Shown piece by piece: positions 18,285 to 26,807 of a stretch of DNA of 39,666 bases. A program made the position numbers and the translations under genes. The notes under the pieces are model-generated. The model saw nothing but the letters and a program-made list of their open reading frames with translations. It was not told where the DNA came from and searched no databases. Each line of letters begins with the position of its first letter. Position 1 is the stretch's first letter. The DNA is taken from NCBI GenBank assembly GCA_945860255.1, contig CAMAQI010000002.1, positions 1 to 39,666 on the forward strand. Direction: 5' to 3'. The DNA is from Methylacidiphilum caldifontis (lineage in GTDB: Bacteria; Verrucomicrobiota; Verrucomicrobiia; Methylacidiphilales; CAMAQI01).

Positions 18285-18616
18285 TTTCGATGCCTAAGCG
18301 ATATGAGATCTATCTCGTTCGACTCGATCCGGTGGAGGGAAGTGAGATCGGAAAGACGAGGCCTTGTGTGATCCTGAGTGATGATACGAGGAACCAATAT
18401 TTGAAGACTGTGGTCGTGTGCCCCATCACGAGTCAGCTTCGCGATGATTGGCGGTGTCGTTTAAGGGTTGGCTGTGCGGGTCGAGAGGCGGATGTGGCTG
18501 TGGATCAGATTCGGACGGTGAATAAAAGTCGATTGGTAAAGCGAATTGATCGGTTGAAACCGAGTGGAGCGCAGCTTTTGCGGGAGTTGGTCGTGGAGAT
18601 GTACGGATCGGCATAG
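18281..18616 (+). CDS. mazF: MazF/PemK-family endoribonuclease toxin
   Basis: YEIYLVRLDPVEGSEIGKTRPCVILSDD is the classic MazF/PemK N-terminus. Confidence 0.9.
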   Translation: MISMPKRYEIYLVRLDPVEGSEIGKTRPCVILSDDTRNQYLKTVVVCPITSQLRDDWRCRLRVGCAGREADVAVDQIRTVNKSRLVKRIDRLKPSGAQLLRELVVEMYGSA

Positions 18617-18628
18617 GAGTAAGACAGT

Positions 18629-18783
18629 TTAACCGCAGAGGAAATCCCTTTTTTAGTTTTTAAAACCCAAAACATTTTTTTTCCTGGATTCCAGCCTTCC
18701 TGAGAGTTTTAGGAGTTTTTCCTCTGCGTTACTTCTTGTCCGCCGTAGTCATTCGACGGAGGAGGATGCCTCCTCTGCGGTTA
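18629..18783. repeat. 155-bp TTAACC element (A3), inverted copy of A2
   Basis: The ~85-nt core gtttttaaaacccaaaacatt...gagagttttaggagtttttcctctgcgttac matches the reverse complement of A2 with few mismatches. Termini are ttaaccgcagagg / cctctgcggttaa. Confidence 0.85.
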
Positions 18784-18837
18784 AATTCGGTTTTCTTTGT
18801 ATTGAAGCATGGGCGATGAGTCGTCTAGGCTTTCAAC

Positions 18838-19938
18838 GTGGCTGCCCGTATTCAGAATGTGTTGGTTTTAGGGGATGACCGATTTCCTCGGCACCGTCGG
18901 ATCTCCCGTTTTTTGTTCGAAGCAGGGGAAAAGGCGGGGGTTCATGTGATTACACGGGATGTCTCCGCTCTTTGGGAGGCCTTTGAGACGATCAAGGAGG
19001 AGAGTGAGGAGGAACGGCAGCTTGGACATTTGGGGTTAGTTGATCAGTTGATGAAGATGATTCTCGGATTCGAGGTTGATCATGTGATTTCTCTCGATGC
19101 CTCGAGTCTTTTGGTTCCCGCCATTTTTTTGCAAGAAGGACAGCCGAAGTTTATTCATCATTTATGGCTGCATCCGTTGAATCAAATTTTAGAGTTTTGG
19201 AATTGGGATTCGCTCCATTTAGGGTCGTGGCAAAAGCCGTTGGCCCATGATAAATGTCGTCACTATTTTATGCAGGATACGCTCCAGATTCTTCCGGGAA
19301 TGGTCTGGTCTTTTCTTCGTCCGGGGGCTCCGCGACGTTATGTGGATCTCGATCCGCAGCCGAAACAGATCGGAAGAATCGCTTGTGAGTTGGATCCTTC
19401 CTATTTACCGGAATTCAATCCGGACTTGTTGGCGCGGTTAAAATGGGCTCAAAGTCGTTTTGATTTTTTGGTTCCTTTTGATGGGCTGCGGGAGTTGGAT
19501 CGAATTCCTTATCTCAATCTTTGGTACCTTTATCATTCTCGTGAGGATTTAGATATTTTCGGAGCGGTCGATTTATTAAAGCTTTACGAGATTGAGGCTA
19601 AAGCGGAGATCGATCGTTATGAGAAGAATTTGATTCTTTCTCGTTATCGAGCCCATCTTCATCTGATGAATCCGGTGCTCTTGGGGGCTCCTTATGAACG
19701 GATTCCGGAGTCGATGGCGATGGGCTCGGTGCCGATCTTGCTTTCTTCAGAGTTTTATGTGAGTCCTTGGACGGGGGTGGTGGTGGTTTCGGGGGAGAGC
19801 CAATGGAATACGGTTCTTGCTGATTTTAAGGACCATCCGAATGATTGGCATCTCTTTGCGCAAAAGCATCAGATTGCGATTGAAAATGAAGGTCTTTGGG
19901 AACATCGATTGAAGACAATCATCGGGGGGGCTCCATGA
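18838..19938 (+). CDS. Putative CgeB-like/GT1-type glycosyltransferase (paralog 1)
   Basis: GTG start. C-terminus GLWEHRLKTII is shared with the next ORF. The family call is tentative. Confidence 0.45.
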   Translation: MAARIQNVLVLGDDRFPRHRRISRFLFEAGEKAGVHVITRDVSALWEAFETIKEESEEERQLGHLGLVDQLMKMILGFEVDHVISLDASSLLVPAIFLQEGQPKFIHHLWLHPLNQILEFWNWDSLHLGSWQKPLAHDKCRHYFMQDTLQILPGMVWSFLRPGAPRRYVDLDPQPKQIGRIACELDPSYLPEFNPDLLARLKWAQSRFDFLVPFDGLRELDRIPYLNLWYLYHSREDLDIFGAVDLLKLYEIEAKAEIDRYEKNLILSRYRAHLHLMNPVLLGAPYERIPESMAMGSVPILLSSEFYVSPWTGVVVVSGESQWNTVLADFKDHPNDWHLFAQKHQIAIENEGLWEHRLKTIIGGAP

Positions 19939-21257
19939 GTCGTAAGGTTCTTTTTTTATCTAATGACCATTCCGTTCCTTTTGCGAAGACGACGGAGTTT
20001 ATGGCCTCCGCCTGTGAGCGATTAGGTCATCAGGCGGTGGTGCGTGATACCTTCCCTTCTCGGATTCAGCGGTCGATGTTGGGGGATAAATCGCAAGTTT
20101 TGCCGATGAAACGCTTAGCTGAGCATTGGACGGAGTTTTTAGAGGATTTACAAATTGATACCGTGTTAGGACTCGATCTCTTTTGGTTGTTTTATCCGGA
20201 ACCGTTTTTTAATTCAACTTCAGTGAAGACCATTGGATCGATCTGGTTTGATGATTTTCGCAGCTGGATTACCTATCCGACCAACGTTTGGTTTTCGAGT
20301 AGTGAGATGAAATTTCAGTCGATCATTCGTCATTCCAAGGTTTGGCATGTTTTTTATGGGGAGAGCATGGCGCAAGAGGCCCGGCTTTTTGGAGTCGATC
20401 AGCAATTGAGTTCACGATTGGCGGCCCCGGCGGAGTTTTTAAAGCAGAAGTTTCCTTGTGAGATCAAAGATAAGGCGGTCTTTATTGGGAATCCCGGTTT
20501 TCGCGGTGCGCCGCATGAGGATGCCATTGATCTCATGAAAGCGGGGGGGGATTTGGTCGCTTTGCGGATGATGAGTCGCGATCATTTGTTACGTGCGGGG
20601 GATGAGGCGGTGCAGAAGTGGTTTCGGTTGGAACCGCAGACTCGGGAGTTACTCGCTGTGGCGATGGAGGTGAAGGCGAAGAATCCGTTTGCTCCCTCTT
20701 TAGAACTTTTGAAAATGGCGGGGGAGATCTATCCGAAGGCCTTTGCTTTTGCGAACGATCATGGGATTTTGCTCGATTTCACGATGTTGGTGAAGTTGGT
20801 GACTCGTTATGATCGACCTGCGCTTGTCATGAGACTTTATGAGAAGGGTTTAGTCGATGTTTTTTCAAACTCTCCGGAGTGGGAACCGTATGGAGTGAAG
20901 GCGGGAAAGAATATTAATTTGGGAGAGCTTCCGGAGTATTATCAGAAATATACCGTGCATTTGAATGGGGCGAATCCGTTGCGGGATGCGACGGGGAATG
21001 AGAAACTTTTTGAGATTGCGGCCTCTGGGCGGGTTTCAGTGAATTTAAGGAGTCCGGATGTCACGAGCTGTTATCCGGAGCCGGAGATCGTTGTGGGGGA
21101 TACCTTGGAGGAGTTGGAGACCAAGACCTGTGAGCTGTTGGCGAATCCTGAGGAGGCCTTGGCGAGAGGGGCGATGGCGAAGCAACGGACGGCACGGGAG
21201 CATTTGTGGGAGCATCGGTTGAAGGTGATTTTGAAGGAATTTGAGAAGAGGGATTAA
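19935..21257 (+). CDS. Putative CgeB-like/GT1-type glycosyltransferase (paralog 2)
   Basis: ATGA overlap with the previous ORF. GNEKLFEIAASGRVSVN and C-terminal HLWEHRLKVIL resemble the CgeB/DUF3880-type family. Confidence 0.5.
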   Translation: MSRKVLFLSNDHSVPFAKTTEFMASACERLGHQAVVRDTFPSRIQRSMLGDKSQVLPMKRLAEHWTEFLEDLQIDTVLGLDLFWLFYPEPFFNSTSVKTIGSIWFDDFRSWITYPTNVWFSSSEMKFQSIIRHSKVWHVFYGESMAQEARLFGVDQQLSSRLAAPAEFLKQKFPCEIKDKAVFIGNPGFRGAPHEDAIDLMKAGGDLVALRMMSRDHLLRAGDEAVQKWFRLEPQTRELLAVAMEVKAKNPFAPSLELLKMAGEIYPKAFAFANDHGILLDFTMLVKLVTRYDRPALVMRLYEKGLVDVFSNSPEWEPYGVKAGKNINLGELPEYYQKYTVHLNGANPLRDATGNEKLFEIAASGRVSVNLRSPDVTSCYPEPEIVVGDTLEELETKTCELLANPEEALARGAMAKQRTAREHLWEHRLKVILKEFEKRD

Positions 21258-21355
21258 CCGCTAAAGGGAAACGCAACCCCGACAGTGAGTACGGGGCAGG
21301 AAAACGCCAAGTGAAGAGGGAATAAACCACTGATCTACATTAATTTTCGCTGATT
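21250..21355 (+). repeat. E-type repeat (E1): TTAACC left arm + conserved 30-mer hairpin + AACCAC tri-heptad arm
   Basis: gggattaaccgc .. caaccccgacagtgagtacggggcagg .. aaccactgatctacattaattttcgctgatt. The upstream gene's TAA lies inside TTAACC, and the element abuts the serpin ATG. Confidence 0.85.
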
Positions 21356-22564
21356 ATGAAAATGAAACTATTTTTGGGAGCGGTCGCTTACTGCGTAGGA
21401 ATGATGTGGGCATGTGCGGAGGTGGATGAGGCTTGGGTGAGGGATCGTTGGGAGAATGCCTTTGAGCTTTATCGGGAGATTCCAAAAGAAGAAGGAAATG
21501 TTGTTTTTTCGCCTTATGGGGCATCGACATTGATGGGTTTGGCCTATGGAGGGGCGAGAGGCGAGACGGCCACGCAGATTGAGAAGGGATTTCATTTTAC
21601 ATCTGATCCGAAGTTTCATGAACAGATGGGAGAGACGATCACTAAAATTAATGGGCTCAATGAAAAAGGAGTTTTGGATCTTTTGACCAAAAATTCACTC
21701 TGGGTTCAAAATGGGTTTGAGATTGAATCGGAGTTTGAAGCGTTGGTGAAAAATCAGTATCAGGCGCACGTTCAAAATTTAGATCTTCAGGGAAAATCGG
21801 AGGAATCTGCGAACGCTATCAATGCGTGGATTTCGGAGCAAACAAGAAATTTTATTCAAAATGTAGTAACTCCGGCCCTTGTAAAACCGAGTTTATTGCT
21901 TGCGGTGAATACGATTTATATGAAAGGCATCTGGCAGTCCCCGTTTGATGTGGGATCGACTCAAAAAAGAGATTTTAATGTTCCAAAAAAACCGACATTT
22001 TCAGTTTGGACGATGCATAAGCAAGCAGATTTTGCTTATACGGAGACAGAGCGATTTAAAGCGATCCGTCTTCCTTATCAATCAGTTGCTGCAAATAAGA
22101 CCGCCCTTTTGATTTTATTGCCTCAAAAATATGAACTAATCGAGGAGACGGAAAAAAATGTAAACGCTGCAATTGTAATGGACTTATGGACAAAGTTGAA
22201 AAGAGAGGAAGTGAATCTCTATTTGCCCAAATTTTCATTTGAAAGAAAGATCGGTTTGGTAAAGTCTGCCCAAGCATTAGGCGTCAGGGATTTATTTGAT
22301 TTGAATGTGAATCTTTCAGGCATTTCACGAAACGATTTGTTAGTGTCAGACTATTTTCAGCAAGCAAAGATCGAACTTGATGAAAAAGGAACCGTAGCGA
22401 GTGCCGTAACCGTAATGACAAAGCGGGGGGGTGCTCCCTCTCTATCTTTAGAGTCTGAACCAAAGCTCTTTCGAGCAGATCATCCTTTTCTCTTTTTTAT
22501 CATTGAGCCTGAAACTAAAACGATCTTATTCATGGGTCGTGTAACGGATCCGACATTGCAGTAA
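21356..22564 (+). CDS. Secreted serpin (serine protease inhibitor family)
   Basis: Signal peptide present. Hinge-like EKGTVASAVTV and the serpin signature FRADHPFLFFI. Confidence 0.9.
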   Translation: MKMKLFLGAVAYCVGMMWACAEVDEAWVRDRWENAFELYREIPKEEGNVVFSPYGASTLMGLAYGGARGETATQIEKGFHFTSDPKFHEQMGETITKINGLNEKGVLDLLTKNSLWVQNGFEIESEFEALVKNQYQAHVQNLDLQGKSEESANAINAWISEQTRNFIQNVVTPALVKPSLLLAVNTIYMKGIWQSPFDVGSTQKRDFNVPKKPTFSVWTMHKQADFAYTETERFKAIRLPYQSVAANKTALLILLPQKYELIEETEKNVNAAIVMDLWTKLKREEVNLYLPKFSFERKIGLVKSAQALGVRDLFDLNVNLSGISRNDLLVSDYFQQAKIELDEKGTVASAVTVMTKRGGAPSLSLESEPKLFRADHPFLFFIIEPETKTILFMGRVTDPTLQ

Positions 22565-22697
22565 CAAAACGAAATATCTTATTTTTAATGAAAGAAATGC
22601 GTTTAAACCCGTATTTTATAAGTGTTCATCAGTGCGGATTAGTGGTTTATGTTTTCTTTAGAGTTTATTTTTTGGGAATTTATAGCTACTCTAAGTC

Positions 22698-23864
22698 ATG
22701 TCGCAGGATCTTGTTACGATTGTCATTCCTACTTTTAATCAGCTTCATCATACGAAGGCCTGTTTGGCGGCACTACAAAAAACGCTTACGCCTGATCTTC
22801 GGGCGAAGGTTTACATTATTGATAATGCGTCGCAGGATGGAACTCAGGACTATTTGGCAGCATTGGAAAAAGAGTGGCCGCTTTTCCGCTGGTGGGGTTT
22901 GGATAAGAATTGTGGATTCAATTATGCCTCGAATCTTGGGGCGGAGAAGGCGGATTCAGACTATCTTGTTTTCCTCAACAACGATACGATCCCTCAGAAT
23001 CATTGGTTGGAGTCACTCCTTGAACCGACGAGTCGAACAGGGATCGGGATTGTCGGGCCAAAATTGGTTTTTCCGGAGACAGGACTGATCAATCATGCCG
23101 GATATGTTTTGAATCGAGGGATGGGAGGATTTTATCCGATTTATCAAAATGTGGATCAGGATTGTGAATTTGTGAATCGAGCCCGTGAATATCAAGCGCT
23201 TCTGGGGGCTTGTCTTTTGATGAAGCGATCGTTGTTTTTTGAGGTGGGGGGATTCGATGATTTTGGATTGGAGGATATTGCGCTTTGTTTAAAGGTTCGT
23301 GAAAAGGGTTTAGCGGTTCTTTATTATCCGAAGAGTGTGGTGCTGCATGTCGGATCGGCAACGATTAAGGGGGAGCCGCTCGCTCATTTGGTGACCGATC
23401 ATATCGCTTTTAATGAACGCTGGCCCTCGACCTCATTGGTTGATGATGATGCTCATTTTTATCGTTTGGATGGCTATACCTTGGTGGGAAGTTCTGCGCA
23501 GGGAGTGAATCTTCGAGAGGATGTGACCGAATCGAAGAATCTCACTAAGGAGGCAAGAGAATTAAAATTAAGGGGAGCTATCGAAGAGGCGATTCAAAAG
23601 GGGATGCGGGCGGTGGTTCTTTATCCTTATAACACAACGGCGAACGTGACCCTCATCGAAATGCTTAAAGAGGCGGGACAATGGGAGGCTGCAAAGGGAG
23701 TTGGACTGCGCTTTCTCGCGATTGAGCCGACGAAGTTTTCTCTTTATAAAACGGTTTTGCAATTGTGTGAGATGACGAACGATCGGGAGGCTTATAATCG
23801 TTTGCGAAATCAGGCTCTGGAATATCCGGATTTTCCTATGGCGAATCTTGAGGGTTTCTCTTAA
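22698..23864 (+). CDS. Family 2 glycosyltransferase with helical-repeat C-terminal extension
   Basis: VTIVIPTFNQ ... IIDNASQDGT ... FLNNDT (DXD-type) GT2 motifs. The ~130-aa C-terminal is helical and TPR-like. Confidence 0.85.
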   Translation: MSQDLVTIVIPTFNQLHHTKACLAALQKTLTPDLRAKVYIIDNASQDGTQDYLAALEKEWPLFRWWGLDKNCGFNYASNLGAEKADSDYLVFLNNDTIPQNHWLESLLEPTSRTGIGIVGPKLVFPETGLINHAGYVLNRGMGGFYPIYQNVDQDCEFVNRAREYQALLGACLLMKRSLFFEVGGFDDFGLEDIALCLKVREKGLAVLYYPKSVVLHVGSATIKGEPLAHLVTDHIAFNERWPSTSLVDDDAHFYRLDGYTLVGSSAQGVNLREDVTESKNLTKEARELKLRGAIEEAIQKGMRAVVLYPYNTTANVTLIEMLKEAGQWEAAKGVGLRFLAIEPTKFSLYKTVLQLCEMTNDREAYNRLRNQALEYPDFPMANLEGFS

Positions 23865-23874
23865 AGCGTTCCAA

Positions 23875-23981
23875 TACCGTTTTCCCGCAGCGACGCAGAG
23901 AAGCGGCGTTTAAAACAAAAAATTCAGAGGACTTTATCCTGTTTTCCTGCAAAGTTGTACCCCCTCTGCCCTCCGTACTAA
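23875..23981. repeat. Degenerate A-type element (A6)
   Basis: cccgcagcgacgcagagaagcgg ... cccctctgccctccgtactaa, with interior tttaaaacaaaaaat / ttttcctgca similar to A2/A3. Lies between convergent genes. Confidence 0.5.
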
Positions 23982-24032
23982 AATTGTTTCCGCCTCCAGC
24001 GTGGAGAGTTTATCGCTTTGCGATCCTTTTCC

Positions 24033-24851
24033 TTAGAGACTGTTGTTTTTATTCCACTCTTTATTTTTGATCTTGGATTCTAGATCAACGACGCGATGCG
24101 TAAGATATTTTACTTGTTCCTCCGCCCGATAATACATTTGGACGAAGGCGCGACTGATGAGTCGCTCTTTGATTAAAAGATAATATTGATCGAGCTCTTC
24201 AAGCTCTTCAGCGGAGCCTTTGAAAATTGTTTGGAGAAATTCATTGTCCGGCGGGAGTTCCGATCCGTTATAGAGAACGCCGAGTCCGAATTGATTGTTC
24301 ATTTCGAAATGAAGCTTCTCGTTTTTTAACTCCTCCCAGAATCGTTTCACGCCAAAGTTTTGCTCTTGATTGATGACTTTGACATCGTGAAAAAGGATAA
24401 TCCCACCGTTCGAGACTTTCGGAAGCCAGGTCTCGTAGTCGTTTTTAACGGCTTCATAAGTATGAAAGCCGTCGATGTGTAAAAGATCAATGGAGCCATC
24501 GGCAAAGGAATCGAGGGCTTGTTCGAAACGCATTCGCTTTACGTTGGATATATCGGCAAAATGAGTTTCGCGATGTTTTTGAAAGGCTTGAAAGGTCTCC
24601 TCTTCGAGTTTTCCGGCTTGGGAGTCCCCTTCCCAGGTATCGACCGCGTGGCAGATCGTTTCTGAGCCACAGGCTTTGACCGCTTGGCAGAAAACGAAAA
24701 AGGAACCGCCCCAAAAAACTCCCAGCTCTACGACGGTTTTAGGACGAAAAGCATGGATGAGATCGTAACCGAAGGCGTAGTTTTCGAGCCACGTCGAATG
24801 AACGTTGATCAGTGGCATAAAGTGAATCGAGGGAAGTTGTAGGCACTTCAT
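24033..24851 (-). CDS. Class I SAM-dependent methyltransferase (Methyltransf_24/CmcI-like)
   Basis: VVELGVFWGGSFF ... IDLLHIDGFHTYEAVKNDYETWLPKVSNGGIILFHD. Confidence 0.7.
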   Translation of the reverse strand: MKCLQLPSIHFMPLINVHSTWLENYAFGYDLIHAFRPKTVVELGVFWGGSFFVFCQAVKACGSETICHAVDTWEGDSQAGKLEEETFQAFQKHRETHFADISNVKRMRFEQALDSFADGSIDLLHIDGFHTYEAVKNDYETWLPKVSNGGIILFHDVKVINQEQNFGVKRFWEELKNEKLHFEMNNQFGLGVLYNGSELPPDNEFLQTIFKGSAEELEELDQYYLLIKERLISRAFVQMYYRAEEQVKYLTHRVVDLESKIKNKEWNKNNSL

Positions 24852-24892
24852 TGAGTAACGATGCAGAGGAGAGAAATAAAAGACAAATCAAT

Positions 24893-25228
24893 TTAGATCT
24901 TTGTAATCGTCTTGAGCATTTCATCGCTGGTTTTGATGACCTTGGCGTTCGCTTCGAAGGCTCGGAGTGCGGTGATCGATCCGACGGTTTCGGTGATGAG
25001 ATCGACATTATTGGTTTCAGTCGGTTTTTCAGGATCAACGGGTGAGCCAGGAGTTTGGGAGGATGTGATGGTACTGAGGAGGACTCCGCTTGTCGCTGCG
25101 GTTTGTTGCGCGGGGATTTGGGTTTTGAATCCCGGGGTGTTGAGATTCGCGATATTATGGGCGTGGATATTCAGTCGCTCCGATTGAACCTGAAGGCCGC
25201 TCGCTGCGGAGGTGAGGCTTTGGATCAT
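24893..25228 (-). CDS. Flagellar basal-body rod protein-like (FlgC/FlgB family), short 111-aa form
   Basis: N-terminal SGLQVQSERLNIHAHNIANLNTPGFK and C-terminal NNVDLITETVGSITALRAFEANAKVIKTSDEMLKTI match both conserved rod-protein termini. Confidence 0.7.
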   Translation of the reverse strand: MIQSLTSAASGLQVQSERLNIHAHNIANLNTPGFKTQIPAQQTAATSGVLLSTITSSQTPGSPVDPEKPTETNNVDLITETVGSITALRAFEANAKVIKTSDEMLKTITKI

Positions 25229-25261
25229 GTTTTAAACTACTGCATAAAAGGAAAATAACAA

Positions 25262-25393
25262 AGAGATTTACCGCCAAGGAAGAGACAAATAAGGCTAAGG
25301 AAATATATCCATTAAACCACTGATATGCATTTATTTGGTCTTATCAATTTATGAATTGATTTAATTCGTGTTCATTTGTGTCTATTCGTGGTT
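25262..25393. repeat. E-type partial repeat (E4) plus an opposed solo tri-heptad arm
   Basis: agagatttaccgccaagg..ttaaaccactgatatgcatttatttgg (25262-25338) and attcgtgttcatttgtgtctattcgtggttt (25366-25393). Confidence 0.7.
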
Positions 25394-25455
25394 TGGAGTG
25401 TTTTTTGCGGTTTTTGATTTGAATCCCTCTGGCCCTTGCTTAGGGTCATTCGTAC

Positions 25456-26676
25456 ATGGCGAGACCTTTAGAACGATTAGAACAATTTGCGGTCGATGTG
25501 ATTATGGATCGGCGTTACGGGAAGCGTGCGGCACTTCTTCGGACCTTCTTGCATCTTCTTTCTTTCTTGTATCGTTTTATCATGCGGGTTCGACTTCGAC
25601 TTTATGAGGAGCGTCGACTTTCTGTTTATTCCTTAGGTTGTCAGATTATTAGCGTCGGAAACTTGACCGTTGGCGGGACCGGAAAGACCCCGTGGGTCGA
25701 GAAGATCGCCAAGGAGTTGACGAAAGCAGGGCGTAAAGTCTCTATTTTAAGTCGGGGATATAAAAGTCAGAAGCGCCCCTTTTGGGATCGGATGAAGGAG
25801 CGATTTTTTTCGGAGGAGCATGAGACTCCCCCCCGTCTGGTTTCCGATGGGAAAACCCTTTTTTTAGATTCCCGATTCGCTGGTGATGAACCTTTTATGT
25901 TAGCGCACAACTGCGATCGTGTTTCGGTTGTGGTCGATAAGAATCGGGTCAAGGGGGGAAAGTTTGCGATTCAACGCTTTGGCGCCGATACCTTAATTCT
26001 TGATGATGGTTTCCAATATCTGACGCTGAAAGAGCGCTATGATATTGTTCTGATCGATCGCGAAACCCCGTTTGGGAATGGGCATCTTTTACCTCGTGGT
26101 GTTTTGCGAGAGCCGATTGATCACCTGAAACGGGCCAATCTAATCGTGATTACGAAATGTGATGGCTCTCCGATCGAGGAGTTGAAGAAGAAAATTCGTA
26201 CATTGAATATTCATGCACCGATCATTGAGTGTCGTCATCGGGCGTTACATTTACAGAATATTGCAAACGATGAAATATTGCCGTTAGATTTTTTAAAGGA
26301 GTTGAAGATCAGTGCGCTTTCGGGGATTGCTCGTCCTGAGAGTTTTGAGGCGGGATTGAAAAAACTGGGAGCCGATCTGATTTATTCACGGGCTTATGAG
26401 GATCACCATCGGTTTTCAGAAGAGGAACTTCAATCGCTGATGACGCGTTCTCGGAACCGTGGGGCGAAAGCGATTATCACGACGGAAAAGGATGCGGTGC
26501 GGATTCCCCGAATGGAGCAATCGTTAGTACCGATCTATTTTTTACGTGTGGAGATTGAGATTTTAGCCGGGCATGAGCATTTCGAGAAATTTGTCCGTCA
26601 GATGAGTCGCAAAGAGGTTAAAAATCAGGCGGCACAAGAGGTGTGGTTGAAGGAGCGCTGTCTGGTGGAGGTATGA
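25456..26676 (+). CDS. lpxK: Tetraacyldisaccharide 4'-kinase
   Basis: [22 protein letters not shown]-loop, LILDDGFQ, and overall LpxK layout. Has a ~60-aa C-terminal extension. Confidence 0.9.
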   Translation: MARPLERLEQFAVDVIMDRRYGKRAALLRTFLHLLSFLYRFIMRVRLRLYEERRLSVYSLGCQIISVGNLTVGGTGKTPWVEKIAKELTKAGRKVSILSRGYKSQKRPFWDRMKERFFSEEHETPPRLVSDGKTLFLDSRFAGDEPFMLAHNCDRVSVVVDKNRVKGGKFAIQRFGADTLILDDGFQYLTLKERYDIVLIDRETPFGNGHLLPRGVLREPIDHLKRANLIVITKCDGSPIEELKKKIRTLNIHAPIIECRHRALHLQNIANDEILPLDFLKELKISALSGIARPESFEAGLKKLGADLIYSRAYEDHHRFSEEELQSLMTRSRNRGAKAIITTEKDAVRIPRMEQSLVPIYFLRVEIEILAGHEHFEKFVRQMSRKEVKNQAAQEVWLKERCLVEV

Positions 26677-26690
26677 GGGGTTTCGGAAAA

Positions 26691-26796
26691 GAGGGATTAA
26701 CCGCCAAGTTAAAGGCAACCCCGACAATGAGTACGGGGCAGGAAAAGGCCAATGCTGCATGACTAATCACTGATCTGCACTGATTTTCGCTGATTT
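26691..26796 (+). repeat. E-type repeat (E2)
   Basis: gagggattaaccgccaag .. caaccccgacaatgagtacggggcagg .. aatcactgatctgcactgattttcgctgattt. Starts 14 nt after the lpxK stop and ends 11 nt before the next ORF. Confidence 0.85.
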
Positions 26797-26807
26797 AATT
26801 TCCTTAT

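Noticed and set aside
17729-18783. A-type elements as canonical integron attC sites (A3 ends read GTTTAAC ... GTTAAAT, matching RYYYAAC/GTTRRRY)
   Set aside because: Other copies deviate from the core boxes (GATTAAC, GTTAACT, GTTAAGG). The elements are longer than typical attC sites. They are dispersed among housekeeping genes rather than arrayed. The two copies flanking mazEF are in opposite orientation, and no intI is present. They are better described as MITE/REP-like until tested.
21061-21330. Minus-strand ORFs 21061-21330 and 26563-26760 share the peptide FPAPYSLSGL
   Set aside because: The shared peptide is just the translation of the conserved 30-mer of E-type repeats (caaccccgaca.tgagtacggggcagg). 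Both ORFs otherwise run antisense to well-supported genes.
22588-23088. 166-aa ORF overlapping the start of the GT2 gene
   Set aside because: It is out of frame with a well-supported GT2 ORF, and its translation is Arg/Ile/Phe-rich low complexity.
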